A stretch of DNA of 61,131 bases, filler included, from Rhabdomonas costata (Eukaryota): NCBI GenBank assembly GCA_019059605.1. It is 14 parts of 14 records of this genome, joined end to end, with 100 filler letters (N's around TTAATTAATTAA, not from the genome) between each part and the next. Parts side by side here need not be neighbours in the genome. Positions count along the whole stretch, not along the records: positions 8,661 to 12,882 come from JAHMHO010000308.1; positions 12,983 to 17,195 come from JAHMHO010000309.1; positions 17,296 to 21,505 come from JAHMHO010000310.1; positions 21,606 to 25,816 come from JAHMHO010000311.1; 10 more parts are not named here. The stretch is one strand, 5' to 3'. The position numbers and the translations under genes were made by a program. Positions 12,540-25,170 of the stretch are shown piece after piece; the first letter of the stretch is position 1, and each line of letters opens with the position of its first letter. The notes beneath the pieces were generated by a model. The model made no database searches and was not told the DNA's origin. It was given only the letters and a program-made list of their open reading frames with translations.

Positions 12540-13198
12540 CTGCGAGTCCAGTGCTGTGCAGCGCCATAGCCCCATATGTTGCAGGTTGTAGGGTGTTGCA
12601 AAGGTCAGCCTTAGGCCTCTAGAGCCTATGGGCCTTGCCAGGCTGCGGCTCCACAGCCCCACACCAGCACCGTTGTACACCCCGCCCCCACTTGTGTGTG
12701 TGTGGGGGGGGCACCTATAACATATAATCCCACGTCACTCGCCAAGTAAAACTTTCGGGCACCTTCCCACTTTTTCGATTTTCCAACAACCACTATTTCA
12801 GTGGCACTTTTCACGGGGCTTCGGTGAAAAGAAACGGTCCGGGATCCACCCTACCCAGTCCCGGATTTCCGCCAACCAAAACNNNNNNNNNNNNNNNNNN
12901 NNNNNNNNNNNNNNNNNNNNNNNNNNTTAATTAATTAANNNNNNNNNNNNNNNNNNNNNNNNNNNNNNNNNNNNNNNNNNNNTGTGGGTGGGAAACGGCT
13001 TTGTTCACGTATCTCACTGCAGTGGAGCCAGCCAACGACTAGATAGTCGATGGCGACGACGGCGGCGGCGCGCGATGGAATGCGATGGCCAGCGTTTTTC
13101 CGCGATAGCGCACGATGGAGTTTTCGAGACTAACCATTGAGAATTTTCTGTGTACAGAAGGCACTCGAACCACTGGTCACCCACTCTTTGGCACATAC

Positions 13199-14762
13199 CA
13201 TCACACAAGTAATGCCCTGCTCGTTGAGTCGCACCAGGAGTTCCATGATGATCGCCGTGTTGTGGGTATCCAGGTCACCTGAGAAGGACCCAGCCAAAAA
13301 CTTTACGTCGACCCTTTTTCACGTGAGGGCACTGTTCCATCACGCCTTTTACTTGCGATCACATTCAAATCCAAAAAGCAACTTGGGTTTGTTCACGTCC
13401 ACAACAATAATTTCATCCTATCATGGCCGAGCGGCTGGCTCCATCCTTGGCCTTCTTCCTACCTTTTTTTCTTGGCATTGTCCACCACTGGTCTCTGCCC
13501 AGTCTAACCGTCAGTAAGTTATTGAGGACCGTTTGCTTGCACCCAGTCATTTTGAGACTAAATCAACGGATGCACACTAGCAAACCTGCATTTCCATTTG
13601 CTTTGACAATGTTTTTGTTCTACGATAAAATGACAATGTTGACAAACGTTTTTGTTTTGGTGCATTTCCTTGCTACAATACCTTTGCTCCTTGTTGCTTG
13701 TTGTGTGAAGTTACCAAGTAATATTCGCTCAATATTTCCCTGAACATTCCACCCCCAGCTCCCAAAAATCAGAAGAAGAAAAAGAAATGTGGGTAGGCGG
13801 CTCCTTCCAGAAGCATGCCTGTAGGCTCGTCCAGCAGCAGCACGGCAGGCATGTTCGCGATGGCACGGGCAATCGTTACCCTACAAAAACCAAAACATGG
13901 ACGAGTACCAACCGAGACACCCACCCACCCCCAAAATCCAGCCGTCACAGCACCCGTCACCATAATCATAAGTCAGCAGTTGCTAGCATAACAGTATTGG
14001 CGGCTGGATTCCTTACGTGTGCGTGTGCGGGTGTTCTTCTTCTTATTCTTATGGTAGGTGTAGTAGGTGTAGTAGTAGGTGTAGGTGTAGTAGGTGTAGT
14101 AGTAGGTGTGGGTGTAGTAGGTGTAGGTGTAGGGGTTGTTGTTGGTGGTGCGTAGTGTGTCGGAGTCAATCATGCTCTCAGTGTTCGTGTCAACCGCGAC
14201 ATCACTGAAGCCGAGCTGCTGCGTGCCCGGTTGGCGCTGGAGGTGTTTCGGGTGTCTTCCTTTCTCCCACTTATCATTTGTATCTCTGTGGTCCGTGTGC
14301 GTTTCTTGGTACATCATACTCACATTTCTACTTCACTTTGCAGTGGAAGCAAACCTTCGGACTCAAGGGCAAGAAAACAAAGCGGGCAGGGAGAAGGGAC
14401 CTCTGCTGCTCCCCGCCGGAGAGCATGGACGGAAAGTGATCCGCTCTGTGGGGCAGCGGTGGAAGCAGGTGGCGCGCAGAAGCACATTGCACAGGGAATA
14501 TAACAAATGATTTTTCGTTTGATGCCGTACTGGGTTCTATTTCTCACTCCCTGGGTACTCGATACCCGCTGCGCTAGAAGCGAAATGCAAAGTTTTCCTC
14601 TTCTCCCCAAGCAAAGAAACACATACAAACACTGAGATGGGTGTGAAGGGTAAACACTGGTAAAAACATAACGGTCTATCACGTTAAATGGCCGAAGTCT
14701 CGTTCCGTGGGGAAAATTTGGAAGGCAAACAACTGGAAAACAACTGAGTTGGATGCAAAGGG

Positions 14763-14803
<41 letters not shown>

Positions 14804-16538
14804 ATAACAAAATATGCAAACCTCTGGCTCAGTCCCACTGCCTCCAGCAGTTGGCTCACCCGCGCAGCACGCTGTGGCTTAGGAAGCTGTCCGAGCAGAA
14901 TCATCGGCATCTGTGACCATGAAGGAACGCAAAGGAGAATTTTCACGTATCATATCACCTTGTGCGACGACGATGTCCACAACCAGGCTGTACACTTTCA
15001 TAGCGTCAAGCGGGTCCCCGTTCACAATCCCACATCTGGATTCTCACCAACAACACGGCTGCGTTTTTCGCTCACCTTTCGGGAAGAACCTCCTTTTATT
15101 TCGCTGCATACCCGGTTGGGTTTGTGATGCACTGTCCCCCTTGGAGATTCCGTTCCAAGTTCCAGTTTTGCGATCAGAACAAGTTCGGCCGAATTTCAAG
15201 CACCCGCACCCGTTCCCAGAATGAAAGCAAAGGTTTTCCTTTGAAGAGAGCACTCACAATTTCAGCAATTAAACGGTTTCCACTTCCTCTGTCGCCATTC
15301 TCCAGATTATCCTTCGTTCCAATCTCAATTTTTTTGAATGTTTCAAATGACACCACGCCACGCCCCACTCCGTTATTTGTATTCTATCGATGCGCTGCTC
15401 AACGCCCCCTTCCGCATGCAGGCGCACTTCAACGTTCTCCCTGGCGGTCATTGTCGAGAGAAGGTTGAACGTCTGAAACACAAAACCAATGTCGCGCAGC
15501 CGCAGAAGGGCCATTTCCCGATCCGTCGTCCTGGGGGTGACCCGCAAGCCCAGAATCTGCAAGTTCCCCTTGGTTGGCACATCAATCGTCCCTGTGAAAG
15601 ATGCCGGCATTACAATCAAAGCATGCGACGTCGCGCACACACTTTCTGACCAACTCATACGAAGCGAGTGCTGATAATCAGAACGGGGGGGGGTCAACTC
15701 TAAAATCAGGGTTGCACCGGCATCAAAGTTCAATGTGGGGGTGCTCAACGTTCAAATCAATTCCATGCCAACAGTTCAATGTTCAACGCGGCGCTGCTCA
15801 AGGTTCAATTCAATTCAATTCAATTCAATTCAACAAAGTCACAGCACTGCGTCACATCTGCACCAAACAGCTTCTACACAAAGAAACGCACGGAAAACCA
15901 GTGCGAATGGCAATAAACTAACAAATAAGGCTAGCTCATCCCGAGAAAAATTTGGGAACTTGCAAAAGCGGTCCCTTCTATCCCAACACGGCCAGGATTC
16001 AATTCAAAATTCAATGGTCCAGCTGAAAGGGGTCAGAGCAACGTTGGATTCAAGGAGAACCCCATCTTTTCAAACTGTTTTGACTGAGTGTGTCAATTCC
16101 CCTCATGTAGAGACATGTTTGGGCGGAAAACTTTTGGAGAATTCATGCAGCACAAATGACGGGTTCGTGACCGGGAAACACTCTGCAATTCAAGCGCTTT
16201 ACCCACATTAAATTTTCCGCGCGCTATTCTAAATTTTGAGTTTGCAAGTTTGCGAGTTTGCAATGCACCGTTGACGTGTTCACCAGCGAGTGCATCCAAA
16301 CCGAAATCCTCTCTGTCCATCTTCTGTGGGGTTTGCAGCTTGACTCCAGGATTTAAGTGAAAATGTTGCAACGCAGCGTGACATGTGAAACAGCGCGAAG
16401 CCATTTGGTATGTGTCGAAACGCCGACCAAACGGTGAAAAAATAAAAGCACCAAGGATGTTCAGCAGTGACGTCTTTCCCCCACCAGACACCCCGTATAT
16501 TGCAAGAAACTCGCCCTTGTAAACGTTGAGGTTGATAC
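13199..16538 (-). CDS. ABC ATPase of AbcH/LolD/MacB type (partial)
   Basis: Exons 16538-16452, 15591-15428, 14910-14822, 14445-14401, 13880-13819 and 13278-13199. Walker A GVSGGGKTSLLNILGTID, Q-loop IGFVFQTFNLL, signature LSGGEQQRV, Walker B/D-loop LLLDEPTGDLD. Confidence 0.93.
14053..14135. repeat. Compound (GTA)/(GTAGGT) minisatellite in ABC intron
   Basis: Tandem gtaggtgtagta-type units. They explain the spurious TP-rich, VG-rich and YT-rich ORFs here. Confidence 0.9.
14765..14799. repeat. (CA)n microsatellite
   Basis: Seen directly. Similar tracts at 54874-54899 and 56270-56304. Confidence 0.95.
15803..15833. repeat. (TTCAA)n pentamer microsatellite
   Basis: About 6 copies, intronic. 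Confidence 0.9.
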
Positions 16539-17760
16539 CTGAAACGGGCACAAAAACAAACAACAGACATTCTGAAACCCAGGAAACCCGGAGAACAGAG
16601 GAGCAAGAGGGGCAAGAAAAATACAAAAAGGGCTCACGATGGTTACTCCTGTAAAAGCGTCTTGTTGTACCATGTTACGGTGGTGCTATGGTGCCGGGGA
16701 CAATTTTTTCAGTTGACTGCCAAATGAAATCTGCGCAGCATTTTGCCATTTCCTGTTTTGGTCTTGGTTTTGCAAGTTCAAACAGCGCTACCCCAGCGAA
16801 TTGGCATCGGGATGGCACACCCGCAAGCCAGCTCTTCAACTTTCTCGGCAAAAGGCAGAAGAAAGGCAGAAAACATCACGGGGGTATTATTTATTAGGAT
16901 AAGACAAGCGAAATTAGGGTGTACGCCAAAACGCCGACGAAGAAAATTCAGAATGCGTCGGTTGGAGACATGGCACAGATGCCATCAATTGGCATTTCGG
17001 CATACACCCTTTGACCGCACACGTTAACAACTCCCCAGCGGGGCACAAAAAGGTGTACCCCGCAAAGCAGGGATCCCCTCCACGCCCAATAAGTAGGTCT
17101 TGTGAACATTTTCGCATGAAATAATCACCTGAGTGTACGCAGAATACAACAGAAGGTCCAAAGTTGAGTTCCGGTCGCTGAGCTCAGCATCCCAANNNNN
17201 NNNNNNNNNNNNNNNNNNNNNNNNNNNNNNNNNNNNNNNTTAATTAATTAANNNNNNNNNNNNNNNNNNNNNNNNNNNNNNNNNNNNNNNNNNNNTGGGG
17301 CCCAACTCTGTTGCGCTTTGTGGCAGTCTTCTCTTACTGCTTTTCGGCTCGGTTGATTCGGATATCTTTGGTGGAGCTTGGGTCTCAGATTAACTTCATT
17401 CAAAGAAGAAGGCCCTGGTCTGCTAATCCCAAATGGACCAAATAATCTCACCATTTGTGTGTCAAGAACACAGGCACCGTTCGTAGTCGGACACTTGTGT
17501 TGAAGCAGGAGGGCGGGTCACTCAGCGGGTTGCATAGCGTTCACTGGATTTTCCGGGCTGAAAGTCTCTCATGGGGCGGAGCAGGTTGTGCGCGCGGGTC
17601 CCCACCTTAATCTGAGTCGGACAGGTTAGGCTCCTCACAGTAGACTTCGGCCCATCTTACCCGGCCAATCCCACGGCTGTCCCGGGCTAGGGAAAGTCTT
17701 CGCGGGTCCGTTTGGCTGAGCACACGCGCTCTCAGGGGTGCGATGTGTTGAATAGTCTGT

Positions 17761-17846
17761 GTCGGGGTGCGGGTTTTGAACCCCGGCACCCTCCCAGCTG
17801 GCGAATGTGGGTCTTTGGGCCAGCACCTGAACGGGCGAACACCGAT
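17761..17846 (-). other. tRNA-like / box-B-containing segment (possible SINE head)
   Basis: Minus strand gggtgccggGGTTCAAAACCcgcaccc forms a T-arm-like hairpin, with partial acceptor-stem pairing (atcggtg/ccccgac). No clean cloverleaf. Confidence 0.3.
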
Positions 17847-18414
17847 AAAACGCACGCCGCTCCTTGTGATATAAAAAGCGTCTTGCGTGCACATGTAGAA
17901 CTTAGAGAACGTTAAGCGAGAGCTTCCACCATTACAACCAAGTTGCGAGCTTCCACTCGCATTTTTATCAACTATATCATGTATAGGAACTGCCTTTCTG
18001 AGAATGGTCCCTTCAGCCGGACAGCGTTTCCGCCCCTTTCACAGGTGTCCAGGCAGTTGTGCTGGTTGGGGCTCCGAACGACATTCTGAAAGCCAGATGG
18101 GAGATTTACCGTATCCTTCGCAGGTAGTGCTTTATTTTGTAGGTTTGACGCTTAATCAGCTTTTGTAACGGGGGAGGGGGGGGTTCGGTGATGCCGTGGC
18201 CGGAGCGAGCGCGTGAGTGAGCGGTCAGGTTTTTCCGAATGCAATTCGCGTAAACCTGATGACTTTGCAGGAAGTTTAATTCAAGATCATCTTTCGATGA
18301 ATTGCTCTATTTCTTGCAATCTATCATAAATGCACTGTAACTTCCGTGCGCTGTTGGGACGAAACGATAAGCTGGGTATAACAGTTACAAGAGGGCTTTT
18401 CATTCTGTTGGCAG

Positions 18415-21313
18415 GGTAGTGGGGCCGAGCCACTTCCTCTCACTTCGAATCACGTCCGCCGAGATTGCGGCGCAGGTTGAGGAAATGCAGGCCACGCTGA
18501 GGAAGGAGGCCCCCAAGCTGAAGCCTGCGCTGATCAAACCAGTGCTGCTGCATCTCACCGTGTTTGTGGTCCACTGCTATGACACAGAGCAGGCACCACT
18601 CCCTCGCTCATCCTGCACCCGAAATATCAATCCTTTTTTCTTTCATTTCGCTGAACATCACTTCGGACAGCGAAAGAGCGCGAGTCGATTCCCTTATCAA
18701 GAGGTCATAGATTTTCATTGTCATTTCGTGACTTTCTTTTTCTTCTTCCTTTGACATAGGGAGGGCACACTGCTCGTTTCGTATGCACCTTTGATTGGCC
18801 GAGCATTTTTGTGTCATGTTAGATTGTGTTATGCAGCTTCGAATCCACACTGGTTTTCCTTGCCTTTCTTCTTCCTGTTTTTGTGTGTGCTGACTCCTGC
18901 TACTGCAAGAATTCCACGACTGGTGTTGTTGTCTTATGCAGCTGTACTGAGTGTGTTGTGCAAATTCGGTTTGTTCTTTTGGAAAGGTATTTCCATTTTC
19001 CGGTTTAGATTTACCCAGATCCGGAAACCAGGTTGATTCTTAGCCTTCTCATTTGTTGACTTATGGTAATGGATCCCAGGGCGAAAGTAATTGCGGGGTT
19101 CCTAATGGCGAGTTGCAGGTTCCAGCACATTTTCCCACTCTTTCGCTGCAGCTGTCACGGATGAAGAGCTTCCTTTCTGAGGTGGTTCCGACCCTTATCG
19201 GTGAGGTGTACGGCTCTGGCACGCATCCCATTCGCATCAACCTTCACGGGCTGTCCTCCTTCCGGTTGCTACAGTGTGAGACCCTTCCTTCTTGCCTTGA
19301 TTCCTCATTAATTCACAACACATCCGCGCTGTTCCTGCAATTCAATTATTCTCACTTCCCACGGTGGCGGTGCCGTTCGATTTTTCGTGAATGCGCGAGT
19401 GGGACTAAAAGTTCAACCACCACAGAAAAAAGCTTATGACATGCGCTGGACGCTGGCTTTTCTTTTCTTTTTCCTTGGTTTCCGCTTCGCTCGCCAAGGT
19501 CGATGAGACCAATTGATTGCACAGTAGTATTTGTGTGATGGTGTTTTGGATTTCAACCCGAATTTTTAGTGATGCAGTGGTGTTTTTGGACGTCGTCGAG
19601 GATGACCACACGGTTCGGTTGGGGCAGTTTGCTTCGCGGCTCGGGATAAAGGTGTGTACGATTTTCCCTGCCACCCCTCTCCTCTCGCAGGTTCTGTGTA
19701 GCACTGTGCGCGTCAACGACGGCTTTCCAGACGGAACTTTAGAGCACACACGGCCAGCTTCGTGTAGTTGTAGACTCAGCGAAAACTCATGACATGGACA
19801 TGTGCTATTATATATTATCGTTTGAAACTGCCTGGGAGGTCTACTCGGGTTTCAGCAGTAGCCAGCCGCGATACAGCAGTTGAGGTGTATCTCCATCCTA
19901 CCTTCCCCACATGCAACATGCAACCTACCCCTCTCCTCCCCGCTTCTTTCTGTTTACCCTTTGTCTACCCGTCCCCCTTATTGAATAGATCAGCGCATCC
20001 TCCTATTCTGCCGGTTCTCACTTACACTCTCCTTTCCACATCGCTTCACGCTGAAGTACTGCTTTGCGCATTGTTTTTCCGATGTACGCCTCCCCCACAT
20101 GCCTCCTGTCAAAGTGCGCTGCTCTCCCGTATTCTCCCGTACTCCTCTTCTCTTATTATCTGCTGCTGCTGTCTGCGCCGGATTTTGAACACCGCATATT
20201 ACCCTTTGTTAATTAAAAGGTCTTCTCAACTAGTTGTTTGGATTTATATGTGTTGACTACCTGTTGAGTGCGAGCTTGACGTGGATCGTGGAATGAGGAG
20301 AGCAAATCTTATCACTGAACATATACGATCTTCAAAGAAGCTGCATGCCAATGGGCGTATGCACCGACCATCCCGAATAATTCGGTATTTTCCCGCAGCC
20401 CATTTTGGAGGCTGACTGTCATGTGTTTGCTAATGTGAATTTGACGGTGTGCGGGGTATGGTTTAGGCCTTCCAGCACAGCGCTGACCTTGTGCTGGAGA
20501 TTCAGGAAGCTGTGACGGAAGCCGTGCGGTTTACCCCCCACTGCACCGTCATGAAGCTGCGGCGGGGTCGCACCAAGGGCTTGCGGAAGATCGGCCGCCG
20601 AACATACTCCCAGTGGGAGGGTATGTGTATCTTCCAATTGCCAATGGTTGACCTGCCTTCCATCGACTTAGAATCCTCCTCGGTCAGAAGTGAATGGAGG
20701 CGAAGTGGAAGTTTCTGCGCCCGCAAGGCGAAGTTTGCGGTGTAGTAAAACTGCTCGAAGCCCTTCCGAACATCAGTTGCCGATATGGGGGACATTCTGC
20801 TGTCTCGTAAGCGGATACCCAAATCATAAGTTTTTTCGTACATCCGATGCTTTTGCTTGCAGCTTTTTTGTGCATGCATGCCTGCTTGCCTGCTTGGGAC
20901 TGTGAACCCCAATTGTGGAGTGGAATTGTGTAGTAGCGTGAAGGCATATGAAGATCCTTTTTTCTGTGCTCTTTCGTCCCACTCAAGCGCAGACGTGAGG
21001 CGACAAAGGGCAAAAGGGACGACAGCAATGACAAATTTCCAGAATCGCTTATTTTTTATGTCGTCTTTTTTCTTTCGTTCCAAGGCCGCATTGCCCCAGT
21101 GACCGCACCCACGCAGCGCGTTGCCTGCCGACGTTTTGCGGCGTGTTTACAGACCAGACGTTCGGCCCACAGGAGTTCACCTCTCTTGAGCTCTCGATGA
21201 TGGACGATCACGACGATCAGGGATACTACCGCTGTGAGCTGGCGGTGGGGCTGCTGCCTCCCGGCTGCTCCTCGCCCGCTCAGGGAAGCGCGGTCTCTGC
21301 GCCTCCGGTATGA
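18415..21313 (+). CDS. AKAP7-like 2H phosphoesterase (2',5'-PDE / RNA ligase-like family), 5' partial
   Basis: Exons 18415-18592, 19152-19264, 19570-19651, 20467-20620 and 21153-21313. Motifs: PSHFLSLRI, first HxT (LHLTV), GLSSFRDAVVF, second HxT (FTPHCTVMKL), FGPQEFTSLELSMM...GYYRCE, then TGA. Confidence 0.92.
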
Positions 21314-21615
21314 GAGGTACAGCTCGACTATGCGGCATAGCTCACTTGCATTCAACCAAGCACACGCTGCTCCCAAGGTTGTCAGATTTAGGTCTGAGGT
21401 TGGGCTTTCGGAATGGTGGAGGTTTCGCCCCAATGTTATTATCCGCGTTCGGACTTCAAAGCGAAACGGTCGGAAAAATAACATTGGGGCGAAACCACCA
21501 CCACCNNNNNNNNNNNNNNNNNNNNNNNNNNNNNNNNNNNNNNNNNNNNTTAATTAATTAANNNNNNNNNNNNNNNNNNNNNNNNNNNNNNNNNNNNNNN
21601 NNNNNCCCTTCGCAG

Positions 21616-24600
21616 ACGTTCGCGATCACGGGGTGGGCGGAGAAGGAGAACCGGTGGATGCGATGGGAGACACAGTACCTCATTCAGGCGCTGGGAGGCA
21701 AGCTGCAGCCCACCCTTACCAAGGAAGTCGACATGCTCATCGCCGAAGATGGGTGCTGCGCTGCCCTCTTTCATGCAATGCCGCCAAGCCATTGGGCCAA
21801 ACGCCGCGAATCCCAGAGGGGAATCCCAGGTGGACGGAAACGAGCTCTGCACTGGAAATCCCCTTGCATCTGGAGCAGTAACGACATGTGAACGAGAGCG
21901 TGCCTACTTCGGGTTTTCGCGCTTATGGGCCAGTTACAAATCTTCGGAAAGATTGGGGTGGGGTCAGTTTTTTCGTCTAGCCCAGCTCGACGCCGCCGAT
22001 TCGAGCCCCCCGATGGCCCCCCCGTCGGAAAGTTCGCACAGACAGATTGACCTCTCGGTCGTTCCACAGAATCGAGTCTGAGAAGCTCCTGCGTGCCTTC
22101 CAGTGGAATATCTGTGTGGCCTCCTACCAGTGGATCCTACGTTGTGCCAGGTGGAGGGTTGTTTTCTCATCTTCAGTTTGAGTTTTGTGGTTCGTGTTAG
22201 ATGAGATTCTGAACAACATTACGACTACAGCTATGCGCCCCCCCGTACAATATCAACTGTCCCGCTCCCCAATTGTGCAGTGAAGTCCATTCACGTCACA
22301 TGCATCTTGCGCGGACAATATTCACCAATGAGACAAGCATGCACAAAGAGAGAGAAACAGGAAAGTCTATACATTGGACCAGTCTGGAAATGCCGTCTGG
22401 AATTCAAATTTCCCTTCAGCTTTACAGTAACTTGGTTGAAGGACGAAGTGCTGTCTTTTAGTGAGACCATTCGAATCAGAACCTTCACTTTCTTCAATGT
22501 GAACACTATCACCTCCGCTTGAACATCAAAGGCACTCACACATTCTAACTTTGGAGATTTGTGAAAAATGCCAGCGGGGAAGGACGTCCAAGGCGGACTT
22601 AGGGGTTGCTCGCGGAGATGTGCGTGCGTGCGTGCGTGCGAGTGCGCTCTGTAAGTGTGTGTGTGTGTGTGTGTCTAATTCAAGCAAAGAAATACGTGAG
22701 CAGTCCAGAGATCCACTGATGCTCGGCCTAAAGACCGTGGTGCTTTTCCTTCTCTCCTGCCTTCCGCTATGAGCCCATATCATCTTGACAAGCTCCGCAT
22801 TGATATTGCCGAAAAGCAGACGCCCTGCAAAAGGTGCCATTCTCCGGAATGGGAGTGGAAGCAGGCAACCACTCCCGGTGGCAGACTCACTGCTTGACTC
22901 ACTGTGTTCCGTATTCGTGTAAATTGACTGCTTGATGGTGAAGACCAGACGCTGGAATACCTCATATTCTTAAAACACCAACCTCTAGAACATTTTTAGA
23001 ATCATTGCGACAGACATTTGGCAAATTCAAAGTGAACAAGGGCGGTGGCGTCAATACCCGCTAGTACTCCTGAGATGAGTTAGTTGGCCGCTTCCCGGTC
23101 TCGAACTCCTTTCTCTACGCCGAGTTATGGTCATTTTAAGGTCCCATTTTGGCCCTTTTTAGGGCATTTTCCTCTTTCCCAACCCTCACAGTGAGTGGAA
23201 AATGGTCAATCTGACCAGGTACGTCCGGAGGCCTCCCTTCCTGGACCAACCCCGCCTCACCGATGCCCAAGGCTTAGCTGTGAGCCCAGATGCTATTCCC
23301 GCCAAGGACCACAGTGGACACAGGCGATTGCGGGTGTGAGTGCGTGCTTGTGGAAACCACTTTACCACTTTTTTGTGGGTGCCGTGGGTGAGCGTGGCCC
23401 CCGATGCATCTTGGCGGCTTTCGAAAGGAAGCACCTGGTCCCCTTACAAAAAGGCCTATTTGAATGGCTGCAAGCACAAGCGCCCCCCTATATGGGGGTT
23501 AAACCTTCTTGGGACTTTTCCAATAATTTCTCTCGCTGAATCATCTTGCTTCCGACCCCTTCTTTGTGCGATTTGCTGTGAAGTGAACTGCGTGTGAGTG
23601 TGCCAGAACATGTGATGGATGACTTCAGAGGTACAACTTCAAACCTGTTTCGCTTTGCTTCTTATTAGGTGCACTGCAGAAAGCGAACTCTTCATGAAGG
23701 TTTGGTTTTGCAGGTTTTTGTTTCATATTCTTGATAGAGGCTGGATACTATGGGCTGCTTCAGCGCATTTTCGTGAAAAAAAATGCAACAGTCGCTTTAC
23801 CGACCCCCAGAATGAAGGAATTTTCGCTGCCGGTGTGGTGCTTCCATAGGCCAGGACGCCGGCCAAACTCCTGAGGTTCGCCTCTGGCTCCTGTCAAAGT
23901 GGAGAGGCTTCCTTCATTCCGTAAGGGCCTTTTGTTGACTGATGAGGCCCACTTCCTCAGAGATGGGAGCGTAGGGATATAGAACTGCAGGGTTGGGGAA
24001 CAACCCCACGAGGTAGTTCGACAGGGGGACGGGAAAAACATACGGTGCCCTGTCCGAAGTATGCTGTCATCTCCCCTTTCTTATGTTTTTCGCACCTCAC
24101 AGGCAGCTGCGCGGGAAGCGCGCATGAAGCCGGGGTTGCTCGCCGGTATGCCTCGCTCCTGCAGTGTACCAAAAACTCTACTTTCTTTATTTCCTGTGCG
24201 GTCGTTTTTCTTTCTCTTAGGGTTTGTGTGCTGTTCGGCGATCCCATGGCTCCAGATTGCACCCAGTGTGCAGATATCGTCCTGAAGCTGGGTTAGTGCG
24301 CCTGCACGTGTGCGTGTTTTTCTAATTGGTATTGGGATGGAATGTGATGAAGTCGATTCTGTGGCGGAAATGACATTTCCGTAGAAAGTGGGAAAAGCTT
24401 CCTGCTCACCTTCGCGCGACGCTTTCAACTGTTGAATGGTATGAAGGAGAGCAACAAACAAAACCTATACCCATACAGAAACGGACAATTGTGTACAACT
24501 ATATTTGCTGTGGAAGACGCATTCTTTTGCTGCCCCTGTCGCCGCGGTTCTTGAGTTGGATTGTGTGGCGTCGGCTCCCCCCTGCGCCCTGCTCGCTCTA

Positions 24601-25170
24601 TCTGGGGTTGCGCAAAGCCTTAAGAGTGGACTTTGAAGAAGGCACGGGGCAGCCGAGCTTCTGTGTTTGTGTGATATAAAAAGTGGGACCGTGGGGTGTA
24701 TGTCGCTCCAAACGCTCTGGTCACGAAATCACGGGGGGTTCATTGCAGAACAACTTAAGTGGAAAATGTGGGGACAAGAAAATGATCACACCAGGGCTCG
24801 TGCGGAAGGGAAAAACGGCAGGAATTCAGTATTCCTGTCGAGGGGAAAAGTGGGGGATCCCCGGCCAGTGGTGGGGGAGCATTTCCCACGCTTTGCAGGA
24901 TTTGGTCCGGAGCGGCCTCTTCCCATCTGTGCTAAATTTAAACAGGAGGGGTGGCGTCGGGCAGCGAGGAGCTCCTGAACAGCTGTGGACTGTCGATGAC
25001 CCACGTAGTGGTACGGTGCTTGCAGCCCTCTGTGGGGCTGCTGCTGGCGCTGGCTGCGGGGCGGTGGGTGCTTCGACCCGAGTTCGTATACGAGAGCCAC
25101 CGCCAGGGCGCTTTTGTTGAGGAGGCTCCGTTTGAGTGGGACGGGGACGAGGACGTCATCACGCCAGAGG
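21616..25170 (+). CDS. Tandem-BRCT protein (TopBP1 BRCT7/8- or SLF1-like), partial
   Basis: BRCT N-half FAITGW...LIQALGG...LTKEVDMLIA at 21616-~21752. Exons 24221-24291 and 24946-25170 give IVLKLGG...THVVV...LLALAAGRWVLRPEFVYESHRQGAFVEEAPFEW. Internal exons are uncertain. Confidence 0.8.
23062..23171 (-). mobile_element. Repeat family A, partial copy (intronic)
   Basis: Reverse complement of ~3664-3776 (tagtactcctgagatgagtt.gttggcc.cttcccgg...aggtcc...tagggcattttc). Confidence 0.85.

Noticed and set aside
13787..14323. TP-, VG- and YT-repeat ORFs
   Set aside because: Translations of an intronic minisatellite.
17550..17700. GAAAGTC motifs as RNase P/MRP or a hammerhead core
   Set aside because: No matching P4/CR-V partner and no CUGANGA with flanking stems.
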